From positions 48,241,521 to 48,305,520 of the forward strand of contig NC_057728.1 in NCBI RefSeq assembly GCF_004010195.1: 64,000 bases of DNA, written 5' to 3'. The notes beneath the pieces are model-generated. The model ran no database searches. It worked only from the letters and a program-made list of their open reading frames with translations, and was not told the DNA's origin. How positions within the stretch are numbered: position 1 is the first letter of the stretch; every line of letters begins with the position of its first letter. Origin of the DNA: Chiloscyllium plagiosum (taxonomy: Eukaryota). The position numbers and the translations under genes were made by a program. Below, piece by piece: positions 40,890 to 54,674 of this stretch.

Positions 40890-42092
40890 AAGACTTCAAC
40901 TTCACAAACACTTTCCAACCTGACTTCAAATTTACCTGAACCATCTCAGACACCTCCCTCCCTTTCCTGGACCACTCCACCTCCATTTCTGGTGACCAAT
41001 TCAACACGTACATCCACTGATTGACTCCCACAGCTACCTGGACTACGCCTCCTCCTACCCTGTCTCCTGTAAAAATGCTATCCCTTATTCCCAATTCCAC
41101 TGCCTCCACCGCATCTGCTCCCAGGAGGACCAATTCCACCATAGAACACCCCAGATGGTCTCCTTCTTCAAAGACCACAATTTCCCTTCCCACGTGGTCG
41201 ACAATGCCCTCCAGCACATTTCCTCCACTTCCTGCACCTCTGCCCTTGAACCCCACTTCTCCAATCGAAACAAGGATGGAATCCGCCGGCTCTCACTTTC
41301 CACCTCACCAACCTCTGGATACATCGCATTATCCTCCGCCATTTCCACCATCTACAAACAGACCCCACCACCAGAGATATATTTCCCTGCCCCCCCCATC
41401 TCCATCCAAGATCCTAAAGGATCCTTCCACATCTGACAGAAATTCACCTGTACTTCCACACGTATTATCTACTGTATTCATTGCACCCAATGTGGTCTCC
41501 TGTACATCGGGGAGACAGGATGCCAACTTGCAGATCATTTCAGAGAACATCTCTGGGACACCCATACTAACCAACCCCATTGCCCCGTGGCTAAACACTT
41601 CAACTCTCCCTCCCACTCCACCAGGGACATGCAGATCCTGGGCCTCCTCCATCACCAAACCTTAACTACCGGACGCCTGGAGGAAGAATGCCTTATCTAC
41701 TGCCTTGGCACCCTCCAACCACATGGGATCAATGTAGACTTTGCCAGCTTCCCCATTTCCCCTCCCCCCACTTTATCCCAGTTCCAACCTTCCAATTTGG
41801 CACCACCCTCTTGAACATTCCTACCTGTCCATCTGCTCCACCCTCCTCTCCGACCTATCACTTTCACCCCCAATTTCATCCAGCTATCGCATTCTTAGCT
41901 ACCTTTCCCCCATCCCCACCCCCGTCCCATTTATCTCTCAACACCCTTGGCCCACAAACTTCATTCCTGATGAAGGGCTTATGCCCGAAACATCGATTCC
42001 CCAGCTCCTCGGATGCTGCCTGACCTGCTGTGCTTTTCCAGTACTACACTCTTTGACACTGATCTCCAGTATCTGCAATCCTCATTTTCTCC
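40890..42092 (+). mobile_element. Penelope-like retroelement 3' portion (family P1): RT C-terminus, GIY-YIG endonuclease, terminal repeat
   Basis: Peptides SYLDYASSYPVSCKNAIPYSQF, IIYCIHCTQCGLLYIGETG, FREHLWD, VAKHFNSPSH, LGTLQPHGINVDF; frameshifted. Confidence 0.9.
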
Positions 42093-42448
42093 AACAAGAA
42101 TGAAAAAGTTGAGAAACACAAACGCAGGAAGAATATGGGTCCAGAGTTGGCACTGCTGCAAGTAGATATTTAAATGACAGTTTTAAAACAAGGACAAAGA
42201 AACTTTATTTAACCCACAGTGAGGCAGACAACTGAGTGCCAGACTGATTTCACCAAAATAAATTCCATTCCTCAATAGGAAGGGCCCCTTCACCAGCTCT
42301 GGAAGGAGAATAAGAGGTTGCTAGTTTATGTCCTCAATTCCCACTTCTCTCCACCCCACCCCTCAAATCCTGATATAATGTTTGTGTCTGATTTACAGAA
42401 TCCATAGTTCTTTCCATTTTAATCTACCCAGTGTGTTTTCCTGTTTAG

Positions 42449-42712
42449 TTCCAGCTGCCGTCACAGATCTGATGTTGCATGGGAACAGCGTTGAGACCCT
42501 ATCGTTCAACTGGACCAAGGCAGAAGGAGAATGTGACTCTTATGAAATATACCTCTACAATTCAGACAAGACACTTCATGACAGGAAATCTGGCACTCAG
42601 AATCTTGAAGATTGTTCCTTCCAGAACCTGACACCAGGCAAAATGTATAAGCTTGTGATAGTCACTCATAGTGGAGATTTAACAAATGAATCCTCTGTTT
42701 TTGGAAGGACAG
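42449..42712 (+). CDS. PTPRB: FN3 exon (VPAAVTDL..FGRT), ~#13
   Basis: gtttag| ... |gtaaag, 264 nt; VIVTHSGDL. Confidence 0.95.
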
Positions 42713-43899
42713 GTAAAGCAGTGCAATTAGCGTAATAATTTCTGCTGATTTATTTCAATCTGAACTTTTGTCATTGTTGTGCCGTTTTCGTTCTTCCTTA
42801 AGGGAGCAAATAGGATCCCAGCTATCTTTTGCTCCATGAGCAGGAAATAAAATTACAAGTGACAGCTCAGTTATCGGTGGGATGACTCCCTTTAAGTAAA
42901 TACGTTTCTGAAAATTACATTTGCATTTTTGTTGCAAAAAAGAAGAATGCAGAACATTTTTTAGTCACTCACGCTGGAATGTTTATCATCAGATGCTTGA
43001 ATACAAAATATCACAACATAGCTTAACAGATACAGGTATCAGACTAGCATTAGCAGGTTCCATCTTATGAAAACACCATGTAATGTTTCAGAGATGTAAA
43101 GCATTTATTAGATTTTCTACTTGTACAGTTAACAGATCAAAAAAATTGCTTAAAATTATCAAAAACCTTATGAAGTGGTACGTCAATGACTTGTATTGTC
43201 TACCTCAGTTATCTGTCCTGTTTCTCTCCAAAGATCCAGTATTTCCTCTTCAGCCATATTTCCTGTTTGTCTTTACTTTGTACTTCTTCTTTAGCCCTTC
43301 TGGGAAAGAAGGGAGTGCAGTTCCCAAAACTATTCCTGATAGGGTCTGACAAAGACTCTAAGTGACTGCAGCATTAATTGCACACTGTTGTATTCGAGAC
43401 CCCTTGTGATAACGGGGCAGTAGCTTGTAGGAAAATCTCCTGCTCCTCGGATGCTGCCTGACCTGCTGTGCTTTTCCAGTACCACTCTGATTTAAACCCT
43501 TGAGATAATGGTTAACATGTCAATAGTCTTTATAATTACTTTTCTACCTGTGCACTAACTTTTAGAGATTTACCTGAAGTCCTAAATCACTCTTCCAGTT
43601 CACAGTGACTCATCTCTTACCGTAAAAAAACGCTGTGATTCATCTCTCTTGGCATCAAGATGGCCTCATACTTTGAACTTTATCAGTAATTATTTTCCAC
43701 TCATTGAACCTCTTCAAATTCTTTTTAGTCCTGTTTCCATCTGCACAATTTACTGTGCACTCTAGCTTTGTACATTCTGCAAAGTTGCATGTACCTTTAA
43801 TCCTTTGCCAAAGACATTGATGTGTGTAGATACCTTTACAGATCTTCATTTGCATTCTTGTGCTTTCCTGAATATCCAAACCTAATTTTATTTGTTTAG

Positions 43900-44166
43900 T
43901 TCCAGCTCAGGTTACCCATCTGCAATGGATGAACATTAACCAAACTGACAGCTTGCTGTTCACATGGACCCCAGCTTTGGGGGAATTTGATTCCTACAAC
44001 ATATCACTTTATAATCCGAATAGTACTGTTCAAAGCAATATATTTGGAAAGAAAGACATGAAGGAATGCAGCTTTCAGGACTTGATCCCTGGTAGGATTT
44101 ATCGCATGGTGATAGTAACACAAAGTGGAGATTTGAGCAATAAAGCTTCTGCTGAGGGAAGGACAG
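43900..44166 (+). CDS. PTPRB: FN3 exon (VPAQVTHL..EGRT), ~#14
   Basis: gtttag| ... |gtaagg, 267 nt; LYNPN, LIPGRIY. Confidence 0.95.
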
Positions 44167-44859
44167 GTAAGGATTGATCAATGTTTTCATTTTAAATATA
44201 TGTAGCCAGTGTATCTGTCATAAATGGTAGGCCAGACAGTACCATGAATAAATTCTACATATGAAAGTACATTTACTCAAATGGGAAAGGCACCAGGGGT
44301 GATTGTATCTTTATTAGCACAATCTCATTTCCACTGGAAAATGAGACATGTGCAAAGCAGATGGCTGATTAACTATCAGCAACAATAAAAGATAAAATTA
44401 TCTCCACTGTGTGTGTATAAATGGACAGGACCAATTGTAGTCACAATTCAAAGTATCAAGAACAGTTTTAAATAAGAAAGATAATTGTTTCATGCTGTTT
44501 TATTGTAAAACACTTCTTAATCTGCAATAACAATGAATATGTAACTGACATACGATATTTACACCTATAAGAAACCGTAGTCCAGAAATGATATAGCAGG
44601 TTAAAGCAAAGCTCCGGTTTAGCAATAGAGCACTATATTTGTATATGACATGGTTAGAATGCTCCTGTCAGTATAAATTTGGCATCACTTGATCATTCTT
44701 TCAGAACAACAAATTCTGTTTTTTCCCCAATTGTTATAAAGTAATCTATAATTACAAAGAGCTCAGCCAGCAATCTAAAACCTGGTAACACTTATTCAAC
44801 AAGGAATTCACATTCACTACAGAGTAATAAAAAGATGCTTTGAAATTTCTTTTACAACT

Positions 44860-46370
44860 CACTCGTAAGATGATGGCATTGCCATCTGGCCAGCATTTAT
44901 TTCCCTAGTTGCCCTCAAGAAAATGGTGATGAGCTGCCTGCTGGACATTTCTGGGACACACGCACCCAATAACCCCATCGCACGGTGTCCAAACACTTTA
45001 ACTCCCCATCCCACTCCCCCAGGGACATGCAAGTTCTGGGCCTCCTCCACTGCCAAATCCTAGCCATCCAACAACTGGAGGAAGAATGCCTCATCCTTCA
45101 CCTTGGGACCCTCCAACTACACGGCATCAACCTTAAATTCACTAGTTTCCTAAACACCCCTCCCCCCACCTCATCCCTGATCCAACCCTCCAACTCAGCA
45201 CCACCCTCTTGAATTGTCCTACCTGTCCATCTTCCTTCTGCTCCACCCTCCCCTCTGATGTTCTCTGACTGCTGTGCTTTTCCAACGCCACTTTTCGATT
45301 GACTGTCCAGCATTTGAAGTCTTCATTTTCTCCATGTGCTGTAAGGTAGACCCTCAATGTCCTTAGAGAGGGAATTCCAGGATTTTGACCCAGCAACAGT
45401 GAAGGAACGAAGATATATTTCCAAGACAAGATGGTAAGTGGCTTGGATGGGAACTTGCAGGTGGTGGTGTTCCCATGTATCTGCTGTCCTTGTCCTTCTA
45501 GATGGAAGTCATTTTGGGGTTGGAGGATCTTTGGTAAATTTCTGCAGTGATCCTTGTAGATGGTCAACACCGCTGCCAGTAGCCTTTGGTAGTGGAAAGA
45601 ATGGATGTTTGTGGATACGGTGCCCATTAAGTGGGCCAATTTGTGCTGGATAGTATCAAGTTTCTTGAGTGTTGGTGCAGTTGCATCCATCCATTCAACT
45701 GGGGAATATTCCATCACGCTCTTGACTTGTGACTTTTAGATGGTGGTCAGGCTTTGGCGACTCACAGAATGAGTTACTTGCTGCATTCCAGGCCTCTGAC
45801 CTGCACTATAGTCACTGTACATATATGGTGAGTCCAGTTGAGTTTCTGGTCAATGGTAACCCCCAGGATGTTGATAATAGGGTATTCACTGATGGTAACC
45901 CCATTGAATGTCAAGGGGTGTGATTAGATTGGCTTTTATTGGAAATGGTCATTGGCTGGCATTTGTGTGGCACGAATGATACTTGCCGTTTTTCAGCACC
46001 ACCTGAATATTGTCCAGATCTTGTTGCATTTTAACATGGACTGCTTCAGTATGTAAGGAGTCACGGTGCTGAACATTACACAGTCATTGATGAACATCCC
46101 TACTTCTGACCTTATGATGGAACGAAGATTGTTGGCGAACCCATTGAAGATGGTTTGGCATGGGACACTACTCAGGGATGCCTGCACAGATGTCCTGCAG
46201 CTGAGATGACTGATCTCCAACAATCAAAACCATCTGCCTATGTGCCAGATATACTCTCCAACCGTGGAGATTTTCCACCTGATTCCCATTGATACCAGTT
46301 TTATGAATGTTCCTTTTTGCCACACTCAATCAGATGCAGTCTTGATGCAAGGGTTCTCACTCACCTCACC
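44860..46370 (-). mobile_element. L2/CR1-group LINE fragment with a nested P1 Penelope piece (44941-45330, +)
   Basis: Peptide MEYSPVEW..LKKLDTIQHKLAHLMG; insert peptide KHFNSPSHSPRDMQVLG. Confidence 0.75.
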
Positions 46371-48108
46371 GTGTACTGATGTTATTTGGATCTGAAGGAC
46401 TTGTAAAAGGTGCTGCCCATTTTTTTTTCACACTGAGAATCAAAAGCTTGAGATGAAGGTTTGAGTTGAATCAGTGCTAATTGACACTGTTAATGGTTTT
46501 AAAAAAGTTGTCTTTCCAAAGTGACATTGCACTTTGTAAGCAGCCTCTATTTGCAGCACAGTTCAGAGTATTTGCACATTTGGAACATATTAGCAAAACA
46601 AGATCCTGTCATCATTTAAAATGTGAAAGGAGATTTTTTTTAAATTAGGAATGCAGAAACAGATGTCAGAGCCTCAGGTATGTTCTGGGATTCTAATCAC
46701 AGCTTTACAAGGAGAAAATTGGCTCATTGTCTGGAACAAGGGAAAATAATCTATTACATTCTAAAAGTCAATTAACAAAGACAACTGAATTCATTGCAGA
46801 ACTCCGCAGTATGATGTGGAGATAAAATGCATCTCTTTAAAAAAATCCAGGAGTTTCATATAATAATGTATTTAATAATTTTGAAAGTAATTACTTATGA
46901 TTTTGTGATTAATAAAACTCTGAAATGTCTAATTCCCAAATCATGATGTTCATTACCATGATCCAAACTGACGTGCCACTGCACAGACAGAAATTACGTT
47001 TAATTAAGTTTGGTGTAATGTTACAAAATTCAGCTGTACGTTAATTACACTTTAACCACGTGAACTGCTTTGCCAAGGGTTTGTTTCACCCAACCTCATG
47101 CCCCTGACTCTGCAAATTTCAGCAGGGCTCGGGTCAATGGATGCAGCCAGCCAGGAACATGCCAACACTTAACCCGAGAGTGGATTTTCTGGCCCACTAT
47201 TTAAATGCTGTTTTAACAAAATCAAACACAAGTTTGTAACAAGGAAAAGGCTTGTAAGATGCAACATTTAATTCACTTTCCTGTATGCTACAAAACTATA
47301 GATACCATACAAGGGTCTGTGGAAGAGAATAGAGGCCATTTAAAGTTGAATGCCATAACCTGCTTATGTTCTGTACACAGGCCATAAGACAACTGAAGCA
47401 AAAAGAATTATTAAAAAAAGAAACACCCAGCAAAAGAAAGAGTTTTTAACATTGGTCCATTGAAACAGTGCAGAAGGGCGTGTCGGGAGCAGCATCAGGC
47501 ATACCTAATCATGAGGTGTCAACCCTTTAAAGCTAAAACACAGATCTACCAATGTGCCAAACAGCAGAAGCAGGAAGCAGTAGACAGATATTCAGTTCAT
47601 TGGAGGAGGAGGCACAATAGACATCTCCATCCTCAATATCAGAGGAGCTCAGCATATCAGTGCAACAGATGAGGTTGAAATATTCCAAACAATCTTTGGC
47701 CAGAAGTGCTGAGTGAATGATCCACCATGGCCTCCTCCAGAGGTCGCAGCATTGCAGACACCAAGCTTCAACCAGTTTGATATCAAGGTTGCATTTGACC
47801 AAGTGTGGCATCAAGGAAACCGAACGAAATGAGAGTTAATGGGAATCAAGGGAAGCTCTTCGCTGTTTGAAGTTATTACCTGGCATAAAAGAAGATAATT
47901 GTGGTTGTTGGGTGTCAGTCATTCCAGCCACAGGACATCACAGAAGAGTTGCTCAGAGCTATATCCTAGGTCCCCCTATAGTCATCGGTTTCATCAATGA
48001 TCTTCCATCTATCATGTGGTTAGAAGTGGGGTTTTTTGCCAATGATTGTGCAATGTTTAGTATCATTTGACTCAGATACTAATGCAGTCCACAACCAAGC
48101 ACAACAAG

Positions 48109-48238
48109 TCATTCCTGAAGAAGGGCTTATGCCCGAAACGTCGATTCTCCTGTTCCCTGTATACTGCCTGACCTGCTGCGCTTTTCCAGCAACACATTTT
48201 CAGCTCTGATCTCCAGCATCTGCAGACCTCACTTTCTC
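48109..48238 (+). mobile_element. 130-bp Penelope-derived element (family P1) with an intact hammerhead-like core
   Basis: 9-bp TSD cacaacaag at 48100-48108 and 48239-48247; inserted in the LINE RT. Confidence 0.85.
48111..48146 (+). ncRNA. Putative minimal type-I hammerhead ribozyme motif (atypical extra A after CUGANGA)
   Basis: AUUC-CUGAAGA-A-GGGC-UUAU-GCCC-GAAA-CGUC-GAUU; activity untested. Confidence 0.55.
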
Positions 48239-49296
48239 CACAACAAGACCTAGTCAATATCAAGGTTTGGGCTGATAGGTGCCAAGTAACATTTGCACCA
48301 CACAGATGATAGACAATGACCACTTCCAATCTAATGACCACCCTCAACATTCAATATTGTTACCATCGCAGAATGCCCCACTATCAATATCCTAAGGGTC
48401 ACCATTGACCAGAAAATTAACTGGACTAAGTACAGTGGTTATAAAAGCAGGTTAGAGGCTGTGAAATCAGCAGCAATTAACTCACCTTCCAATTCCCAAA
48501 GCCTACTTGGTATTTTTGCTCCCTCCACCACAAATGTACAATAGAGTTTACCATCTACAAGATGCATTACAGGAAAATCCAAAGGCTCCTTAGACAGCAC
48601 CTTCCATATCCACAACCTTGGCTATCTCAAAGGAATAGGGCAAAAGATACATGGGAACATCACCACTACCAGGTTTCCTTCCAAGCCACTCATCATCCTG
48701 ACTTGGAAATACATCACTATTCCATACCTGTTGCTGGGTTAAAATCCTGGAACTCCCTCCCTAAAGCATTGTGGCCAAGAGGCAGCTCACCCACCACCTT
48801 CTCAGTGGGGAATTAGGAATGGCAATAAATGCTGATCCAGTCAGCAAAGCACACATCCCTCAATGAATAATAAAAAAAAGTAAAGTAATCAGAGTTGGAA
48901 AGATACAGAGATCTAACCTAAAAGGTAAAGTAGAGGGCAGCAGAAAGAAATGTTGAGCTAGGCATAGTTAGATGACAGATGTCACAAAATGGTTGCAGAA
49001 AAGCCGAGGTGACGTGTGCAAATGATGCAAGATAGATAAGCTTGACACACCATGACTGCAGATATCCTGACTAGCTACAAGTGTAGCAACAGTAGTTTGG
49101 TTGCACAACAAATCCTATTGCAGCCTGGGAAGCTTTCGTAAATTTAATAACCCTGAGAGGAAAAAGTTGGAGATAAGCACATGAAAGTTTTAACTTTATT
49201 GAAATATTCTCTACATGTACAAGGGTGAGTAACTTTACAATAATATGGTTGATATTTTGATTTACTGGTTGTTGATAATCTCTCAATCTCTTAAAG

Positions 49297-49581
49297 CGCC
49301 CAGACCTCCAGGATCAGTATCTTTTGCTGATGTTACAAACACTTCATTGGTCATCACTTGGCTGGGCCCTCCAGATGGGACGGATTATGATGACTTTGAG
49401 CTGCAGTGGATTCCAAAAGACTCTCGGGTTGTTGTTTTCAACCCATACAACACCATGAAGTCGAAAGGACGAATCATACAGAAGCTCCATCCTGGGCGTC
49501 ACTATACCTTCATGGTGCGCACTGTCAGTGGGAAATCATTAACATCCTTTAGTGAACCTGTTCAAGCTCCTATCAGAACAA
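49297..49581 (+). CDS. PTPRB: FN3 exon (APRPPGSV..PIRT), ~#15
   Basis: ttaaag| ... |gtaagt, 285 nt; GPPDGTDYDDFELQW. Confidence 0.94.
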
Positions 49582-51264
49582 GTAAGTTAGAGCACAACAC
49601 TATTTTTCTCGTTGTTCAGAGCAAAAATACGTCATTGAATTATGTAGCTATTATCTTAGCTTAGAGAAAAATGAACAAATGGAACTGATATAACTCCCTG
49701 CAGTAGATTACTGGGTAAGTACACTCTGTTCAAGCCAGAAAGGCGCAATTCTTAGTCTATGTTCTGTGCTGTGGTACTTACTCTCAGTCTGGCCAGCACT
49801 CAGGACTTGGTAGTCGGTTCTTAAATGCAAAAGTGGAAGAAAACAATCAGCAAGGATTACCATTCCCTATTCACCTTCTTGAACATCAACTGAGTATAGA
49901 ATCAGATTGAGCTGTGATACCGCCATGGATCAGCACTTCACTGTGCAAGCGCAGTTAAAATCAAGTTATTGGATGATTGCCAGAAAACAGGGAACATCAC
50001 CCTAGCAGGAGATGGCTAAACAAAAAATCATATTTGCTTCATATGCAGAGTGACAAAATAAGTTACAGTATGTTTTTAGTGCATATTAAGAATTCTGGAG
50101 AAACCATTTGTCTCCATTATATCATTAATGAGGCAAAAGCAAATTGTATTAGTTGCAAATCAACAATGAATGGCAGAGCAGGATAGAGGTGTTAAATAAC
50201 CTATTTCTGTTTGTATTTTCCAATATTAGATGCTGTTTTCTTTTGGCATGATGATTGGCGTATAAATCCAAATATTTATTGTTTACTTCTAACATTTGTT
50301 GAATCATTCTTTGTTTCTTTACTCATTGATGAATTGTTGGATTATTGCAATTCAAAGGGCTTTACGCTAAATCTTCCCAGAAATAGGGTTTGTTGGATTA
50401 TTGAAAGCTGGTTTAAAGATTTATGTATTGGTTTTTCAAATCAAGTAATCTCAAAATACTCAGCTGAGCCTGAATTGAGACAACAGTTAAACCCTCTTAC
50501 TGCCGACCTAAATATGTCAGTGAGTCTCCAATATTAAATGGGCTATAACATTAATGTAATAAAAAAAACACAAAAGAACAGACACAAGGAAATATATCAA
50601 AGTATCAAACAAAGCAAAAGAAATGGAAACGTGTCCTGAAAATATCATAGTAAATGAAATTAATTCATGTAATGAGTCCTTTCACTCACAAATATATTTC
50701 CAAAGTTATACTATTCGGGGAAACAGTAATTTATACATTAGGGAAACTAGACAAGGCTTAGCTTGGATTATTTAAATAAATAAAGTGCAGTGAATTAGTT
50801 GACTGAAAAAGTAATACACTATCCGTATAATGGGGTAAGTTGTTTTTTCATATTAAACTTTTAGAGTTCATTAATTTTTTTTGTATTCATTCATGGCTGA
50901 GGCCAGCATTTATTGCCACTCCCTAATTGTCTCTTAAGTCAGTTGCTTGCTAAGCCGTTTCAGAGTGTGGCTAAGAGTCAACCAGATTGCAGTGGTCACA
51001 GACCATATAAGAATGGTGATTTCCTTCCATGAAGGATATCAGTGAAACAGATGGGTTTTTATAACAATAATTGTTGCATGGTCACCAGTAGAGGAACTTT
51101 CAATACTACATTTTTATTTAGCTCCAATTTTACCGTCTGCCATGGTAGAATTCAAACCCATGTCCTAGAACATTAGTTTGGAGTTCAGGAATTCTTACCC
51201 ATTGACATTACCATTTGTCACTCTAATTAGTGGATTAAAAAGTACAATGGAACCTGTATTAAAA

Positions 51265-51447
51265 CATGATTTCGAGATGCTGATGTTGGACTGGGGCGTA
51301 CAAAGTTAAAAATCACACAACATCAGGTTATAGTCCCACAGGTTTACTTGTGACAACCACCCGATGAAGGAGCAGCGCTCCGAAAGCTAGTGCTTCCACA
51401 TAAACCTGTTGGACTATAACCTGGTGTTGTGTGATTTTTAACTTTGT
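51265..51447. mobile_element. Fold-back Penelope family P2 terminus
   Basis: Inverted arms aaatcacacaacatcaggttatagtc / gactataacctggtgttgtgtgattt. Confidence 0.8.
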
Positions 51448-52214
51448 ATTTATACAGTGCTTTTAAAATAAGATGCAGGTACAGAACTTCACAAAAACTG
51501 GAATGAGCAACAAACAGGAATTGGGAATAAAAAGAATAATCATAAAGATCGATTCTAAGGCATATTTTAAAGGTGAAGAGGAATAGATCTGTAGGCAGGT
51601 GCGGTTTAGGAAGAAAATTCCAGAGTATAAATCTGTGATTGTCAAGGAATTTGGCTGCAAAGCTAGGAAGGAAGGTACAGGTAAACACGCAATAGTTGGG
51701 ACACTGGGGGTTACAAGCTGGGATGTAGAGTTGGAGAAGAAGATGGGAAGTTGATAAAATTCTAAATAAGGAATTGGAATTAGGATATTGGGGCACAGGG
51801 AGCCAGGAGAAATAAGTAAATACAGTATAGAATAAGACAAATTAAAGGCATGAAGCCTTAGACAAATTGAAGCTAACATGCTTGAAATCAATATGAGAAA
51901 GCAGCAATAAGAACATCGGTGACATTTTCAGAAGTCTCACAACACCAAGTTATAGTCTTAACAGGTTTATTTGAAATCACAAGCTTTGTCCATCCCAGTC
52001 CAACACCAGCACCTCCACGTCATTGGTGACATTAAGTTCTAACCATTCCTAAGTCTTTCAATTGCATTTAAATGCCAAATCAACGTGAAAGATTTTGAAA
52101 GCAGCTTTTATTTTGAAAGTAATTATCAGCGTGATTTAAGAACTATGTTAATGTTGATTTTTTTCCATCTTCTAACAATTATAATTGTTTCTATGGTTAT
52201 TTGTAACATTACAG

Positions 52215-52493
52215 GGCCTGACAAAATACAGCATATCAGGTGTCGGCCTCAGAGTTCCACTGCAGTCTCCTGCTCCTGGACGCATCCTGACTCAGACTAT
52301 GATGGCTATGATGTTAAATGCTACCACTATGACAAAAAAGAATTGGTATACTCACGAAGAGTTGAAAAAGAATTAGTTCAATACATCATCAAGGAACTAG
52401 AGCCGGACAAGAAATATTTAGTGGCTATAAAAGTTATCTCTGATAAAATGACCAGTGATGCTGTTGAGGACAGTGTTATTACCATGATTGATA
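52215..52493 (+). CDS. PTPRB: FN3 exon (RPDKIQHI..ITMID), ~#16
   Basis: ttacag| ... |gtaagt, 279 nt; CRPQSSTAVSCSW. Confidence 0.95.
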
Positions 52494-54524
52494 GTAAGTA
52501 TTCACAATCAAATATTCTGAAGCTTTTGCAAAACTGTTTATTTTGTTCAAAAATCTTCTAAGTACAAAGTTTGGCACAGTTTTTTGTACATTAGGAAGTG
52601 CCTATTTAAACACAAATGAACTTGACCAAAGAAATAAATGGAGAAAAGGATGAAAATAGACCCTTTTCTGAAAAACCAATGACTGGTTAGCATGATTAAA
52701 CAGTGCAGATTGCACTTATTTCCAGAATCCAACAAATTGAATTTTTATCGCTGTGAAGGCAAAGGCGTTTTGAGTGAGTTGCCATTTTGCCGACTCAGAT
52801 TTTTTGGTAGTTTCAAAATCATAATGAATACTTTTGTGTTGGTTTTCCAATTCTGATATCTTGATCAATATCAAGCTGAAGTTTTCACAAAATAACTCTT
52901 CCTTTCAGTACATTTTACCATTTCAGTATATAATTTACTTAGGACTGAGTCTCTAAAGAATGTTGATCCAAGTCGAATAGGCCAGCTTTTTTGTGGAGTA
53001 AGCTGGGAGGTCGAAGTTGAATATGTCCTTATCTAGCAGCCCAATGTATTTTCATTCTAGGAAAGTGGAAATAGGATAGGGTTGGGTCATCTAAATCTAG
53101 AGGCAGGCCAAGGCAGCAATGAAGCCAGGCAGATCACCAGGCCATCAGGCTGGAGTGTTCATGTCCTTTTACTTGGACACCAGGCCAGTTTGAAGGATAA
53201 TTTCAGAGTATCAAACCCTTGGTCCTCACCAGTAACCCCCCATCCACATCCATGCTCCATGTCACGTCCCTGCCCCCATTCCCCCATGCAACCTTAACCC
53301 TCCTCCTTCCATACTCTGCATTCCTTCCATTTATCTCCCATAGCCAATTACCCAATATCCATTGTAAGCAGACATCAGGGTATCTTCGAAATGGACAGTT
53401 TTTTTTTAAAGATGCATTTCTATGTAATTCAGAGCTTTATTTTTAATGCTAGTTTCAAGGATGTCTGAGGCTTGACATAATCATTACTGGAGAGAGAGTA
53501 TGTGAGGGACATGAGGGTATGGGGAGAATGGATGGGGCATGGTAATATGGAGAGGCATGAGAATAACCTGGCAGTGGATGGGGGTTAGGGATGAGAGCTT
53601 GTGGGTTTGAAAATATTCTTTATAACTTGCACCAGTCCCCAGGAAATGGAGACAGACATCCTAGCATGCCTAATTGGCCACACACCTACCTCTCTGCTTC
53701 CCTCATGCCTACCTCCAGAGTTGCAGGGCTGAACTCCATCCCACTTCCCCTTCCCCAGTCCAGAAATATGGCAGATGGGGACCTTCTTGAATGAGACAGA
53801 TCTGTTGGGTCAATAAATTTCCTCACTCAACCTTTCCTACTCTTCTGTAAAATTCCAACCTCTGTCTATTTGGCTGCTGTTGTGTTATTGGGCTCCATAC
53901 TTCCAATTCATACATTGCTTCATCCTATGAAAACAAAATCCAGAGTCCTGCAAAATTATTAATTTCTCTCAGCACGTTGTAGCTTTGCCTTCCCTAAACC
54001 ATTATTTCATTTTTTTCAACTTCATTTGTGTTTATTAGCATATTTCTAATTGAATCTTTAATGATTATTCTATTTAGAATAATTCAGTTTTTATACTGTG
54101 ATCCCTCCAACATCTCCAGAGGAAAACACAATTGTGTTTGATTTTCTTATTCTTAAAACTATTCAAAATGGTACTGGATCATGGTGACAGTGAAAAAGCT
54201 TTTCACTGTACTTTATTGTTTTTCTCAACTATAAAATACATGTGACAATAAAATCATTCATTCATTTTGATTGATAACATTTACAATTGCACACAATTGT
54301 AATTTCTCTGTTAGTTGTAAGAAATTCAACTACAGAGCCTTTAAATTGTCTACCTAAACCTTTCTTTAACATATCCAATTCCAAAATGTTTAATATTTCT
54401 AATAATTTAATGAGCAAAACATGAGAATAAAGTTTAGTTCTGTAATTGACCAGTATTATTCAGTGTACACAAAAGGTTTGCAACAAAAGTTGTAATAACG
54501 TATATATGTATTTTTTTCCCTCAG

Positions 54525-54674
54525 GTCCACCTCCTCCACCATCACATATCCGAGTTGATGACAAAGCAGTTGTCATTACCAAATCCACCATATATTTCAA
54601 TTTTAATTGTAGTTGGTTCAGTGATGTCAATGGAGCCATAAAGTACTTCACTGTCATAGTGTATGAATCAGAAG
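54525..54674 (+). CDS. PTPRB: Membrane-proximal domain exon 1 (PPPPPSHIRV..YESE)
   Basis: cctcag| ... |gtagat, 150 nt; NCSWFSDVNGAIKYF. Confidence 0.95.

Larger units (their letters stand above)
47440..48880 (+). mobile_element. L2/CR1-group LINE fragment (same family as 44860-46370, opposite orientation)
   Basis: RT peptide VAQSYILGP..FINDLPS..FFANDC (FADD-like) and shared 3' tail. Confidence 0.75.

Noticed and set aside
41021..41665. 214-aa Pro/Ser/Thr-rich ORF
   Set aside because: Off-frame reading of the C-rich Penelope relic; the real RT/GIY-YIG frame is broken.
42449..44166. Similarity of two adjacent FN3 exons, suggesting a recent tandem exon duplication
   Set aside because: Both correspond to separate repeats already present in recalled human PTPRB, so the duplication is ancient.
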